DNA of 64,000 nucleotides, taken from Podarcis erhardii (Eukaryota). The notes below the pieces were generated by a model. The model was given only the letters and a program-made list of their open reading frames with translations. It was not told the DNA's origin and searched no databases. This document shows positions 1 through 13,500 of this stretch, piece by piece; the stretch's first letter is position 1, and the number at the start of each line of letters is the position of its first letter. Both the position numbers and the translations under genes were made by a program. The stretch lies in the NCBI GenBank assembly GCA_964252035.1, contig OZ176200.1; one strand, 5' to 3'.

Positions 1-219
1 TCCAGTTGACATCTGAGCTATGGGGGTCTGGCATAACAGCTATGGCAGAATTGTGATCACGTGTACTGCTATGCCAGGATTGTGGTCATTATACTTCTGA
101 GGGAAAACAGTGGCTGCTGGTCAAACTGAATGACACATTGAATTGGTGTACATCACAAAGGCAGATCAGAGTAGTAAAAAAATAAACTGAATGACACAAC
201 AGGTGCAAAATGCTAAAAT

Positions 220-225
220 TTTATT
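220..225 (-). terminator. Candidate distal polyadenylation signal AATAAA
   Basis: Minus strand AATAAA followed by a CA and then GU/U-rich sequence (ctgttgtgtcattcagtttatttt); implies a 3' UTR of about 1.05 kb. Confidence 0.5.
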
Positions 226-1169
226 AATCATTGAAACTGTTCTCTTTAAGAAACAAATAAAAACAGCAAAAGGTAAAGATATCCCTCAACCAGGCATCAT
301 TTGACAGATGGTGCTAATACAGAAGAAAATAGTCTATTTTCCAGAAACAAATAAATAGTAATGGTACAACATTAAAAAATAATTCATTGTCCTAGAACAG
401 AATTTATATTATTGATATTTACTACTTTAGTTTAAAAAGTTCTTCATATGACAATTCGGCAAATATATCTATATATCTTATGTTCATTTTGTAAACATTT
501 ATATTTTAAAAAATCCAGATCTTCATACAATTAATATGCTGATGATATCATGTAAACAGTCTTCTTCAGCAGCAGCCATACTTCATGGGGAGTTTTTTTG
601 TACAAAAATAGATCTACAAATAATATCTGAGTATTATAGCCCCACAGCCTTTGAGAGGTTGAAGTTTGTAGAAAAAGGAACTTGGGGAAAAAACACAAAA
701 AAGCCTGACCAAGTTATGAAAGTGAGATCTAACTTTTGCAAAGGTGATAGAGAACAGACCATGTTGACCAATGGAACTGTAATGGAACTGGACACTATGA
801 GTAGCTCTTTCTGCTCCAAAGTTATGGCTGGCTTGTGCTACTTGGTGGAGGAAATTCTTCTGGGTGTATTAGAAATGCCAGTGTCTGTACCAATGCTTTG
901 TTAATATTGGCATCATAACTACACAAGAGTTCAAGCTAAAATCCTTTTTTTTGTCTCCCACCCTAACCTTTTATCATGCCAAATACTTTCCTCTCCAAGT
1001 TATTTGTAACTGCACAGTGTAGTCTCACAAAGGCCTTGCCCCAAGAAAAGTGTCACCTAGAATTTCTAATTGTTTGGCACCCCAAAGAAAAGAAAATACT
1101 TTTCTGCCAAGAGTAGATTTAGAAGAAGAGAAATTCATCTGTATGTTCAAGTTGCTGCCTTGGATACTT

Positions 1170-1175
1170 TTTATT
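1170..1175 (-). terminator. Candidate proximal polyadenylation signal AATAAA
   Basis: About 90 nt after the stop, with a pyrimidine-rich downstream tract. Confidence 0.35.
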
Positions 1176-1266
1176 TCAAAACAGCAAGATTCATTTTAAT
1201 TTATCTTCTGTTAATTATTGGTGTTGGTCATTTAAAAAATGTCTAGGTCAGTCCTGGCTCCTGTTT

Positions 1267-1292
1267 TTATTTCTGGCCAAGCTGCTGTTCTT

Positions 1293-1325
<33 letters not shown>

Positions 1326-1561
1326 CCTGCTGCTGCTGTTGCTGCTGTTCTTCCTGCTGCTGCTGCTGTTCTTGCTCTCCTGGTGTTGGGCTGGGCTTCA
1401 CATCACATAGATTGGTCACACACTCACATGAGTCAACATGGATGTATGAATATTCAATGGTGGAGCGATCAGGGCACATCAGTGTCACTTGCCTCTTGCT
1501 GGTTTTGCTTTCCTTACAGCATGCACATGTGTGATCCAATGTGTTAGCCTCAGAAGAGTAT
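1267..1561 (-). CDS. MUC5AC: Exon 49 (coding part): cystine knot C-terminal half plus poly-Q/E tail and TAA
   Basis: ORF 1267..1611; exons 48 and 49 together give the 11 Cys of a CK domain. Confidence 0.94.
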
Positions 1562-4500
1562 CTAAGAGAAAACAAAGAAGGTTTTAGCTGCTGCAGAATC
1601 AAGTCCACCACTCACACCAACCCACAGTGCCATCATTCTGCTTTTGTTTGTATTGGAACAATCAGTCTGACATGGTTCATTTAGAATAGACTGAGTACTG
1701 GTGTCCACTTAATTCTATTGCCTGCTGTCACACCTAAGTTTGCATTAGAGATAAATTGAGTTTTTGGGGAAGAATTTTTAAATACTGGGCCTACAAGTAC
1801 CATTGTTTGAGTAAACAATCACTCTCAATATTATGGCCCACCTCAAACTCCACAACAAACTTATATACAAATGGTAAGATCACAATATAATCTATCACAC
1901 TGCCTCCATGCTTTGAAAAGTGGGTATATTTCCTGGGCCAATCTCCCTCTATCATACCATTGAATATTAACAATTCCCTCTGCCTTACAACATGGGCTAA
2001 ACAAAGCTCTGAATAATTACATCTATGATCTTTAGACAGACGGGAGGTACCTCTGGCTAAGAAAATATCTGGTTCCAGAATCTGATTGTAATGGGTGTAC
2101 AAATTTACATCTTTTACTCCCATATGTGCGTTAAAATCCCCTGCAATGATAAACACTGCAGTAGGATATAGGGACTCCAAAGATTCTATATAGTTCTCTA
2201 GGTCTATCCAGATAGTATTTACAGTAGTTTTTGTTGTTGTTGTTGTTTTGACAAGAAAGTGAATTGCCTGATGTCACCTGTCAAATGAGTACATAATTGA
2301 GCTCAAAAATGAAGTGCTCTGCTTCCCAGCACAATTTTCCATGTCTTGCTAACCTGGACTTCAACTGAATGACCCCTGGACTATTTATTGGGTTTTAGAG
2401 TTTTAGAGTTCCCCGGGGGAGGCAGCAATGCCCATTTTTCTACTTACATTGAAGAACTGCCACAGTGGCCTTCGCAGTACCGTAATTCGACAGGTTCAGT
2501 AGCTTCACATCCATTATGTCTGATGAGACTTGTGCTGTTCTTTGGAATACAATCTCCCGCTGTGAGAGGGGAGAACAACCAAAAACAAAAACCATCATAA
2601 CTGTGTGCTGACAAATACTGCTTAACAGAAGACTGAGTAGGGTAAGGTGGTGTGTGAGTGCACATGTGCAAACTGTCGAAACTGGCAAGGAAAAATGAAT
2701 TGTAGGTCCAGGGCTTTTTTTTTCAGCTGGAACTCACTGGAACTCAGTTCTTGCACCTCTCAGGTGGGCACCATTGCCATTATAAGAGAACAAGGGAGGT
2801 ATTCAGGCTGAGTTCTGGCACCTCTTTTTCTAGAAAAATAGCACTGGGTAGGTCCATCATAATAAGAACCCACTTCTTGATGCACTGGAATGTCAGGATG
2901 GGAGGAAAGAACATGATGAACTCCTGTACTGATCTAGCCTAATGCCACTAGCATGTTTTGACAAAGAAGCCTGTGCTATACATTTGACCACAAAGACTTC
3001 TCGCTCCACAGTACTAGTCTCGATGTTCACACCTATGCTGCAAAGGTGCAGAGGAAAATCTTAGCACTTTCTCTCTGCACAGATAATTTATTGGCTCACT
3101 TCCTGCCTGACCGTAGCAAATATAGGCAAAAACACAGTCTACTGCAGGGGTGTGGAACTTTTTGTAGAGGGCCTTTTCCCCTCAAGCATAATCTGTTGGG
3201 ACTACATATTGGTGGTAGTGGGCCAGAGTCAAAAGTGGGTAGGGCTTGAGACAAAGGTAAGGGAGGGGCACAGCTTTCCCTCTCTTTCTAACACACTTTT
3301 CATTCTCTCTCTCTCTCCCTTAAACCCTTTCCCCTATTTTTCTCCTCCTTGCCACCCATGTGAAATTAAGTTATGGACCACATGAAATAAGGACGTGCAC
3401 AGGTAGTGCCACAGATTGCCCACCCCCTGCTCTCGTACATTGTGGGGGGTTTTTTGGTGTGCAGGCTTATTTTAACAATTTTGTCATAACTTACGTGGAG
3501 GTCCGCACACCTTGCAGCAGCCATCTTCACTCAGTCTCACATTCTCCTGAAAAACCAAAATGGGTTAGATGAATTTACAGATAACCTAAACGATTATTAT
3601 TCTCTGAACAAATGCAGTTTCTTTGTGGCCATGAGAGACCTTCGCCATTGCCAGGACTCCCTGGAAAAGTGTGCACAAAGGCAGGTAAACAATATTTGGG
3701 CCCATAGACTCCAAAGCACATTGTCTCCCACAATACAGTTAATACCTTCTATTAATTTTAAGCACTGTAATTGGGATGCTTGAAGATTTTTACTGGGCTG
3801 CATTTTTAAGCACTAATGCAAAGATTAGAACACAGATAGCATTCTTTTTTTGCAGTTTTCTGAATTGTGATGCATTTCTGCACTTAAAAACCATGTAAAA
3901 TGTATATTTCAGGTTAGAATACGTACAAAAATGTTTATGTGCACATTTGGGGTAAACTAATCTCTTAATGAATAATTCATCACCTGTTTATTAGAAGCTA
4001 TACCTTAAATTTCTTACTGTACACAGCATTGCCAACTATTATACAATTCTGTGTAGTAATGCTCCTACTCTCTCCTGCTTGGTATTTTGCTTCATCTTAT
4101 TTACTATCCTTAGTCTGTCTAGGTTCCTTTAGTTTTGATTTATTGTTGTATTATGGTATCATTGAAAATTAATATTTTAATGAAATGCATACAAAAGGAT
4201 GTATTTTAAGGAGAAATGTATACAATATTTTGTGGGGGAAATGCATATTTACATGTGTTTAATAATGATGATGATAATGATAACAACAATAATAATAATC
4301 CACTTTTTAAAAAATTCCCTCCCCGCAATAATAATCCACTTGATACAGAATCAGGATGAAACACTTATTAAAGAATACATGTGAAACTGACATGGACCAA
4401 AATTAGACTATTTATACAGCCCTAAACAACAATTATATAACTACACGAGCATTTCATTTAGCATTTACAGTATCTAGTGAATCACACTTCTCAGATTGCA

Positions 4501-7500
4501 TTAAATAAAGTAGGGAACTGAAGAGATATATGAACAGGAACTTGATAAGGGCCCAAGTCTGACTCTGTTAATTTAGGCTTGGTTTAGGACCCTTGCCTAT
4601 CATAATAATTCCAAACTACCTAAACAAACCCATATGATTTATGCATTTTTTTAAAAAACAACAACATACCCTCATCCAGCTTTCTTAGATAAACCCTGAT
4701 CTCACTGAGTAGATAATCTAACAGACACAAAGACTTTTGATCATATTGGTAAACTTACAGGTGGGCAGTTAAGTGGAGCGCAGGGTCTTTTGGTAGGGAC
4801 AGGAATATACTGGTCCTCAACCAATTCACATTCATAAGTTGTGCAGTTGTTTCCTGGATGATGCCAAATCTCCCCAGGCTGAAAAAAGTCAGAGTTATAG
4901 TTATGTTATTAGAAGCTGACACGTGATTTTTATGTCCTTCAAGGGGCTTTGATTGTATCACTAAGATAATACAGATAGGGTAAAAAAGCAAAGGAAATTT
5001 ATGATAAATTTACTATAATAAGGAAAGGTCATTATGAAAACTATGTGGGAAAGAATATAGCTTTCATATTCACAGCTAGGTTTGCTTGCCTCCACTCAGC
5101 TCTACTGAGCTACCTTTATCAAACTCTAACAGACCATGTCCTCTGCTTTTGCCATCTGTTTTCATCATTGTGCATATTACACAGATGAAGGAAGGAAGAA
5201 ACCCCATGTGGATTTGTTGATACAATTGAGTGCCTTCTTTCATTGCTTCATGGTCTCTAGTTGTCTCAAATGCACAAATACACACATTCTCTCTCTCTCC
5301 ATGCCTATCTTCATGACAAACTGCACTGTGAAACAGTTTGGCATCACTTTGCTAAATGTGACTTCATTGGCCTCCCTGACACAAGGATTTGACCATATAT
5401 AAACCCTTTAGCTCAGGCACGTGGAGTCGGAATTCTACCCCCAGATACTCATGACTGTGTTCTGTCAAGAGAAACAGATTGTGTGATCAAATATCTGAAG
5501 GCATAGCTTGGTCACATGTGGCATCTTACTTTCAAGCATTCTCTCTGGAGTGGGATGGGTTCAAGTAGTGGATGACCACATGCTTCCCACACTTTATGGG
5601 GAGGGTGGTAGGTCAGTGGCAGAGCTTCAGCCACAGACTCAATCCCATGCATCTCCAAGTAGGGCTGAGGGAGAGCCCTGCTTAAAAATTTGGGGGTTTT
5701 CCCATTAAGAAGGTTGGGAGAGAACATAGGCTGAGTGGTACCGAAAAAGGAAAAGAAATTCTGGAGAGCCAGTGAGTTTAGACAGTTCTGAGCTAGACTC
5801 GGTCAGGCTCGGTAGAAGGCAGTAGAAGGCTCCAGGTTCAATTGCTGGCACCTCTCAGGGATTTCAGGTTGCAAGTCTAAGACTTAGGAGAGTCCTTTCT
5901 AATCAGACTAGGCAACACTAGGCTATATTCATTAATAAAGCTACAATAAAAACTACACTTCAAATTAAAATAAGGCATTGGTATCTCCTTCACAGAATGT
6001 GGGGAGTTAATACAACATTGGCTATATGGGCCAACCATCTGATAGGGCAGCTTCTTTTTTCTCCCTTTTTTCTATTTTTATATAGCACAAAGTTTCACAA
6101 GCCAAAAAGATTTATACTAAAGATTTGCACTCAAAACATCCAATGGAGCAGAAAAAGGCAATGGTAGGAAAAGATAACTATGGGAATTTAAATGCAGATC
6201 TATTAATTATTGCTTCAGTTAATATCATTCATGGCCTCTAGTAAGCTTCCACTCCAAGCATGAGAAACACAAGTATGACAGAACATGAGATTGCATGTAT
6301 GGGTATTCATAAAACATCAGCTACCTTGATAACCTGAACACTGGATCCCTCTTTTATAACACATGCTACCGCTGAGCATTTACCACAGCATTGCCCAGGG
6401 ATTTCCTTGTATTCTTGGGCCTGTATTTGAGAAAATATGGAAAGAGATTCATAAGATCAAGGAGGTGAAATAGTTAGGTTTGCAGATAAATTCCTGAAAA
6501 GCTGGCAATTTGCAAAAACAGTTTGTAACACTAACTTACCACTGGGCAGTTTTTGTCACATGCTTGTGACACACATTCCACCGTGTTTATTTGGCTTTCT
6601 GGATCTTGCTCAACAGAACATCTGCACGTTTCACAGAGGCCTCTTGGAACAACTGCTCCAGGCTAAAGAAGGGCAGAGGAGAAATGGTCCTAAATAATTC
6701 TAAACTGTTTTCATAAATCAGAAATATCACAAATGTATGCAACTGGTCTTCCTCCACCAACAGAAAGCCCATTGACCCAGCATAGGCTTCCATAAGTGTC
6801 ATGAGCACGGAAGTGATTCAGTGATTCTCTCCTGCTATAGCTTCCTGCACCACCTGCCATGTTGTTCTGTGGGGTTCCCCAACCCTTTGAAGCATATTTG
6901 GGGCTTGGGAGGGGGGCAAGTGACACACTAGTAGGGGTAAAAACTGTAATTTGCTTTTCTTTCTGTTTTGCTGACAGAAGCACCCACTGGATCATAGAGC
7001 TTTCTGTCAGTGAAGGATCACCAATTGGATGCAGCTTCTTCATTTAATCTTGAGTATACAAGCTCATTTAATTCTAAGAATGCTTGAAAATGTGTGGATT
7101 GTCTTGCTTCATCTAGCTCAGGATTCTTTGAAAGAACCCCAGCAACCAGCAGGCCCCCTTTCAACTTATGAACCAAGGTGGTTTTTTCTTTCTACCGGGA
7201 TGCATAAATGTTTCCATGAAAGGGGTATATTTATCTATGGGTTGTGGAATGGATTTGGAATTGTTAATCTGGGATGAAAAAGAAATGTAGGGTTTCTAGT
7301 CCCTTCCTGTTGATCTGAACTGATAGGCAACTTATTTAAAGGGGGGGGGGAATTCTGCACCTTAATGCAGGATACACTGAGAATTCTCTTGGATGCTAAA
7401 GTATTTCTATTGTGAAAGCTTATAATTCATAGTTTGAATCAAAGGAAGATATGCAGGGTTTTTCCAGTAACATCATAACTTCTAAAAGCTTTCATGGAGG

Positions 7501-10500
7501 GCTAAGCACACTCACTATTAATCCACATCAATCAGAGGCACCATCTTCTGAAGCACGTTGAGGGCAAAGATGCAATGTCCTGACATTGCGAGCACAACAT
7601 TACACAACATGCCAACATTGTTTCATTCCCAACTCCACCAATATGGGGGGCCGGCCCCCTCAACAACAAAAAGACACCGAGGGGGCCCACAGTGCCTATG
7701 GCATCAATCATTTTTGTGCAGATCATTTTCTTACTAAATAATCTTATTTTATTTTTAAAATAATGCTTTATGTATATTTCTTTTTTTTATTGGTTTGTGT
7801 AATCTAGTTTTGCTTTATTCAGACGTGGACTGTTTTTGTGAGCAAGTGATTTATACATTTACCAAACAAACAAACAAATTATTGCTTCTAGCATTCATTA
7901 TTATAAAATGTACTTACTTTGTAGAATATGTCTTTGTCAATACAGCCGGGTATTTTCACTGTAAAACAGAAAGGTGCAATGGAATGAATCTTAAAATTTT
8001 ATTTTCAGTGATAAGAATGGAATATTGCTGTGTATGCTACAGAGTATGCATTTTAAATGCAGGTAAAACACATTCTCAGCCACAGGCTCAAATAATTCTG
8101 GAAATGGTAATTTGCCAAGGATTCTGGGAATTGTAGCTCTGTGAGAGGTAAACTAATGTTACCAGGATATATAGTGTGTCCAGAACCTTTGAAGGCAAAC
8201 AAGGAAGTACCAATATAGCTGTGATTCAAATGGTTTCTTGATGAGTGTGCAATGGGTTCTTCCAGTAGAGTTGTTTGAGGAATTCAGTCTTTTAGGAAGT
8301 CCAATACAAACTAACCTGATGTGCACCACTCATACTAATGCACAGATCAGAATTTAACTATCCACCAGATTTCAAACTTCACTGAAAGCCACAGTAATTT
8401 GAATATTTCAAAAGATACATTTACATACATATTTTGAGAGAAATGTATATCCTAAATAATATATGGTTTGGGAGAAAATTTGTTTAGTAAATGTAAACAG
8501 GTATTTAAATTTGAACATCCATGGTGATTTCATCTGAAAATGCAGGTCAGCACGGAAATGGGATGGTATGGGTTTATGGGTACACACATGTGAAAGTGAT
8601 GTGGGCAGGAAGTGGATGGATCCACCTTAATGTCTACTCCTAGTAAGCATGCCAGGATCAAGTACACAAGCAGTAAGGATTCAGCTTGAGGTTCTGCAAA
8701 CCCTGCCTTATGCAGGTTTGCAGAAATGTGTGTGTATATGTTACAAAATATCCTCTCCCAAAAGAAAATCTTACAAAATACCCCTGTTGCAAAAGAAGCC
8801 CCAACAAAACTGGGACTTGCAGCTTAATTGACCAGCTTCTCAGCAGATATGAGATATATAACAAATAAAGTATTTGCTTCTTCAGAACAATTTCAGGATT
8901 CTTGCAACAGAAAATAAAAACAGTTGAAGAGGCAAAATGGCCACTGGAATGCCAGCTCATAGCATGGGAGGTGGGGATGGAATATGACTCATCTGGAGGG
9001 TGGGGAGTTGTAGAGAGAGAGGAAGAGAGAGGGAAGGGGGAGGGGAGAGAAGTTTCAAATACTCCTGTTTCAGTTCTTACCACAAGTGGCTTTAATGCAG
9101 CAGTCTCCTGGCAGCTTTTGTTGTTTTAATTCATATCCTACTGGACAGGTCTCAACGGATTCAGGACAGTAACTAGTGTTGCATACTATATAAGACCAAA
9201 AAAAAAAAAAAAAAAAGCCATAAAAGAAAGTCAGGATATTTTCATTATAACAAGAACATACAGGGCATCTTTCAACACTCCAGTTATGTCCAGAGAAACA
9301 TCTGCTTCCATTATAACAAGAACATTATAACAAGAATGTCTGAAGAAGAGGTGTGAATCTCTACAGGATGTTTTCAGGCTCCAACTCCTAGCCCCTGTGG
9401 CCAATGGAGATGCAGTCTAATAACAGCTGGAGGGCCACAGGTTGCCCAACTCTGCCCACCAGCACTCATGTAGTATGGATAGATTAACCACTATGCCACA
9501 TGATTTGTGGCACAGGGCTTCAGTCCAATTGTAAGACCTCCTGTGGTGTAACTAATGGGAATTTACCTAAGTGGAAAAGGTACACATTTGGAAGTGGTTG
9601 CTTTGAGCTATTCACAATGGATTGCATCCGATATTGCAGAAGCAGAAGGAAATTAAGCATAATGGACCTTTCCCTTTTGCCTCCTCCCTCTTCAATCCCC
9701 CGTACCCACACAAGCCTCTTAAGCCAATAGGCTGAGAAGTGATAGCCTCATCTACTAGACAGCATGGGATATGTGGGGTAGTCACCTTGAAACTCACCAG
9801 GGGAAAGGACAAGGTATGTATGTATGTATGTATGTATGTATGTATGTATGTATGTATAAAGAAGATTATGTCATTTGCAGTTTCAGTAGGAGGAAAGAAT
9901 CACCCAAAAATGGGCAGAGAAAACTAACATTGGTACAAGATTTCTCCAACTGATTCTGGGCATTCCCACCCTCTCACTCAGATCACATTGCCCATAGTAT
10001 TTAGCAGTCCCCCCACCATCAGCCCCGGAAAAAGGCTTTTTAGGAGGATGCAGGAGGTAGAAAGGAAGGGAAGGGGAAGATCGGTCGTGTGAGCTGTCTT
10101 CCGCTCATGCAGCACCGGATTGAAGCATGATATATTTTGTTTCAAACAGGCAAGAGATTGTACTTACCACATTTCATCTGAGGACAGCATTTATCTTCAG
10201 GTGTTGTGACACTGACAGGCACAAAGCCTTCAAATTCACAGCGTTCTCGGACAGGTGTTGCACATATCTTTGGTGTACACTGCACTTTAAGAGTATATTT
10301 TTCACAAGTACACTCCTGGCAGTTGCTGATCCAGCTTGCTCCAGGCTGCAAAAAAATAATTTTAAAAATTGTATTTAAAAGAAAATAAGATACATCATCC
10401 CTAAATTTGCCTTGTCAGAGATCATGTCAGAAAGAGTGCCATCAACATATATCAAGGCTGTAAATACTTAGCTGAATAATCAGTTTAATTACTTACTCAA

Positions 10501-13500
10501 TTATTTTTTTACAGAAAGGGTGCCTCCAATTAATCGGCTGATTAAAGCCATAATAATTACTGTACAATCAGGGGGACGGGACGGGACGGGACCATAGATG
10601 CATCTTAAAAGAGGCACTCTGTACTGAGTGAGACCCCTCACCTTCTGTTCTACTCAATTCACTACATCATAGTTGTAGCGCCCCCTAGGCTTGGCACCCA
10701 GCACAGGGGAACCAGTTGTGCTGCCCTGAATTGGCCTCTGCTCCCAACACCTTCTGAGGTGACCCATCTACATTTCATGAAGTACATATTTTTAGTTACC
10801 TCTTTGGGCATCCCGTCTGGTCCAGTACAACCTGAAAGAAATGTAATAACAGAGATTTTTTGCACTGCTGTTCCTCAAGAGTCCTGGAGCAAATTTAGCT
10901 ACCTGAGCAAACAGGCCACAGCGCCATCTGGCATTGTTATGTGGGTCAAAGGGCAGTGTAAAGGTGCTGGGACTGTGAGGTGCTGCCGAGACTGAACTGT
11001 ACCAGAAAGAACAACAAAAGTTCTTATGGTGCCTTAAAGACTAAACAACTCTGTGGGAGGAATTCAACATAGTGCTAGTTAAGTCAGCATAAGCATTTCT
11101 TGACTCCTTCAGAGCCAGATGCAGGGTTGCATGGAGGGAGGAGAAACAGGGAATGCCTTGCTGCATTGGTGGAATACCTTGTGCAGGCTTCTGCTAGCAC
11201 GGCTCATTCATTGAATCCTGCCTGTCATTTATAATTATTTAAGCTGCTGCAAGATTCTTCGGCTATTTTTGTTGCAACAGACTAACATGACTATCCCTCT
11301 GGAAGTTGTGGGCATGAAAGTTGTATCTACAATAGCCGGGGATGTCATGTTTGAAGGATACATGGAAATTCCTCATTGTATCAAGACTCCATTTCCTTCT
11401 GAAACTCGTGCAAGGTGACCACTGATCACATAGCATTCTCTTGAGTGATTATTACTGCTTATTGAGTTTCTGGAAATCACTTTCTCTTGGGTTTCTAAGG
11501 GTGCTTCTGTCTCCCTGCTGAGGCTACCTAGATTAGGCTGACCTGAATTGCAGCTGAGGGAACCCTCCACTCCATATAGTGTTGCTGCAGTGTGGTACTC
11601 TCTTCTGTCCTTGAAACAAAAACACTTACCACATTGTTCTACACAGATATCATTGTAGGAGTTGAAGAGCTTGGTTCCAGGAGCACAGAAGCAACCTTCA
11701 ACTATGCCAGTGCCATTATACTGACTAGCCCTGCTGCAGAAAGAAAGCATGGGTTACGGTCATACAGCACCCTTTTGCATTGTGAAAATTCAGTCTGTGC
11801 CTTGAATCATCAGCACTGTTAAGAGCGTGATGACTCTGAATTGAGTTCAAATCCAGCATGCTATTGACTACATAACACTGGCTCCAACAACTGGAGTGAA
11901 ACAGACCTAAACAGAGATTCTGTTCTTTCCTTACCTATTATCACATGTGGGAGGGTTGATAGGGCCACATGGGTCATATACTTTGCCTTCAGGACAGCTG
12001 TATGCTAAACATGGTGAGAAAAATAAACCAAGGTGAACATAAAGACATACTTCGATACACTTTACATTTACAGCTACTGCAGCTACAGTATGACTTTCCC
12101 CACACTCTCTCCTTTTACTGGTAGTTACTGGCATGGGAGGGTCTCTTTGTTAAAAAGAAGCAAACAGAAACCGACACCCTAAAATTCTAGCCACATTTCA
12201 ACATGTTTAGTTGCCATATATTCTGCTTCTATTCATATAATTGTTTTTATTAGATATGCTTCCTGTGAACATGATGGCACATTCCTGTGATCCTAAAGAC
12301 AGAACACTATACTTAAATGAACCAGAAGGGCCCAGACTCTAGATCTCATTTGGACATCTGCCCTCTTAAAGCCTCAGTAAATGTATAGCTGAAGAGGTTC
12401 TCAAAGGCTGAGAATGTCCTCTCATCTTTCTGTATTTTAGTCATTAAACTACAATTCCCTAAGATGGATCTATTTACAAAAATAAAACTGACACATGCAA
12501 AGTATTTAATGAACAAGGCTCCCATGGCTGTATAATTTGTGGAGAAACTGTGGCATTGATTAACACTCCAGTACTTACGGCATGAACCATTAGTCTTCGC
12601 TCTCCAGTCAATGCAAACACCTTTAGAGGCACAGAGTGAAGCATATATCTCTAAGCCTGAACACTGCATGGTGGTATTGACTATGTGGCAAGAATCAAAG
12701 GAGCAACCTTGGTGGAAGGGCTTTGGAGGTATGATTTGATGGCAATCAGAGAAGACTCTGTAAAAAAAATAAAATCACAAAGACATAATAATCAGGGAAG
12801 ACTCCGTAAAAGATATCATAAACACTTGACATGAACATACATTTTTGAATATGACTATTTTCACTTCTGGGATTTGAAGAGCTGGAAAACAGGATTTTTT
12901 AAAAAGGTTTCTCAGGACTGAATGTTCATTATGGTATAGAATTTCACGCACATGAAATTCAGCTTTCACTAATTTCAGTTATATTCACAACAGAATTGTA
13001 GCTTTCTGGAAGAAAGATGTGGTATGGTGCAAAACAAGTCTGCTTTAAATGCACAGCAAATGAGTTGATTGCATCAAAGGTCTCCCAGGAGCCTTTAAAA
13101 AAAAGGGTTGTCGCAAACTAACTTTCAAACAAAGTTTCACAAGCCAAATTTCCAATAACAATAGTATTATAACTTAGGGTTGCCATACACCTGGAATTTC
13201 CCGGATATAGCTGGGATTCGGTCAACAACGTTTGTATCCAAATTTTCACTTTTTGAAATATGGCAACCCTATTATAACTGTAAATTGATTTTTTTCGGTG
13301 AATTTGTGGGTTTGATATGCAGGCTTGAAGAAATGTGAAGCTAGATGTGTTAAGACACCCTCCGCCCCGCAGACCTTTATAGTAAGAGGTAGGGTTGTCT
13401 AGAACTTGAGCTAAAGGGCCTTTTATATAGCTGTGCTCTTGTACAGAGAAATCCTATGAATGTTGGCTCAGAACTACATCCCACTCTATTCAGTAGAGCT

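Noticed and set aside
123-198. 15-bp direct repeat aaactgaatgacaca at 123 and 184
   Set aside because: Only two copies beyond the distal poly(A) signal, with no structure suggesting an element or array
536-904. 122-aa plus-strand ORF
   Set aside because: Antisense to the presumed 3' UTR, no recognisable motif, length compatible with chance
1239-1547. Poly-Ala plus-strand ORF
   Set aside because: Antisense reading of the CAG repeat in the last exon
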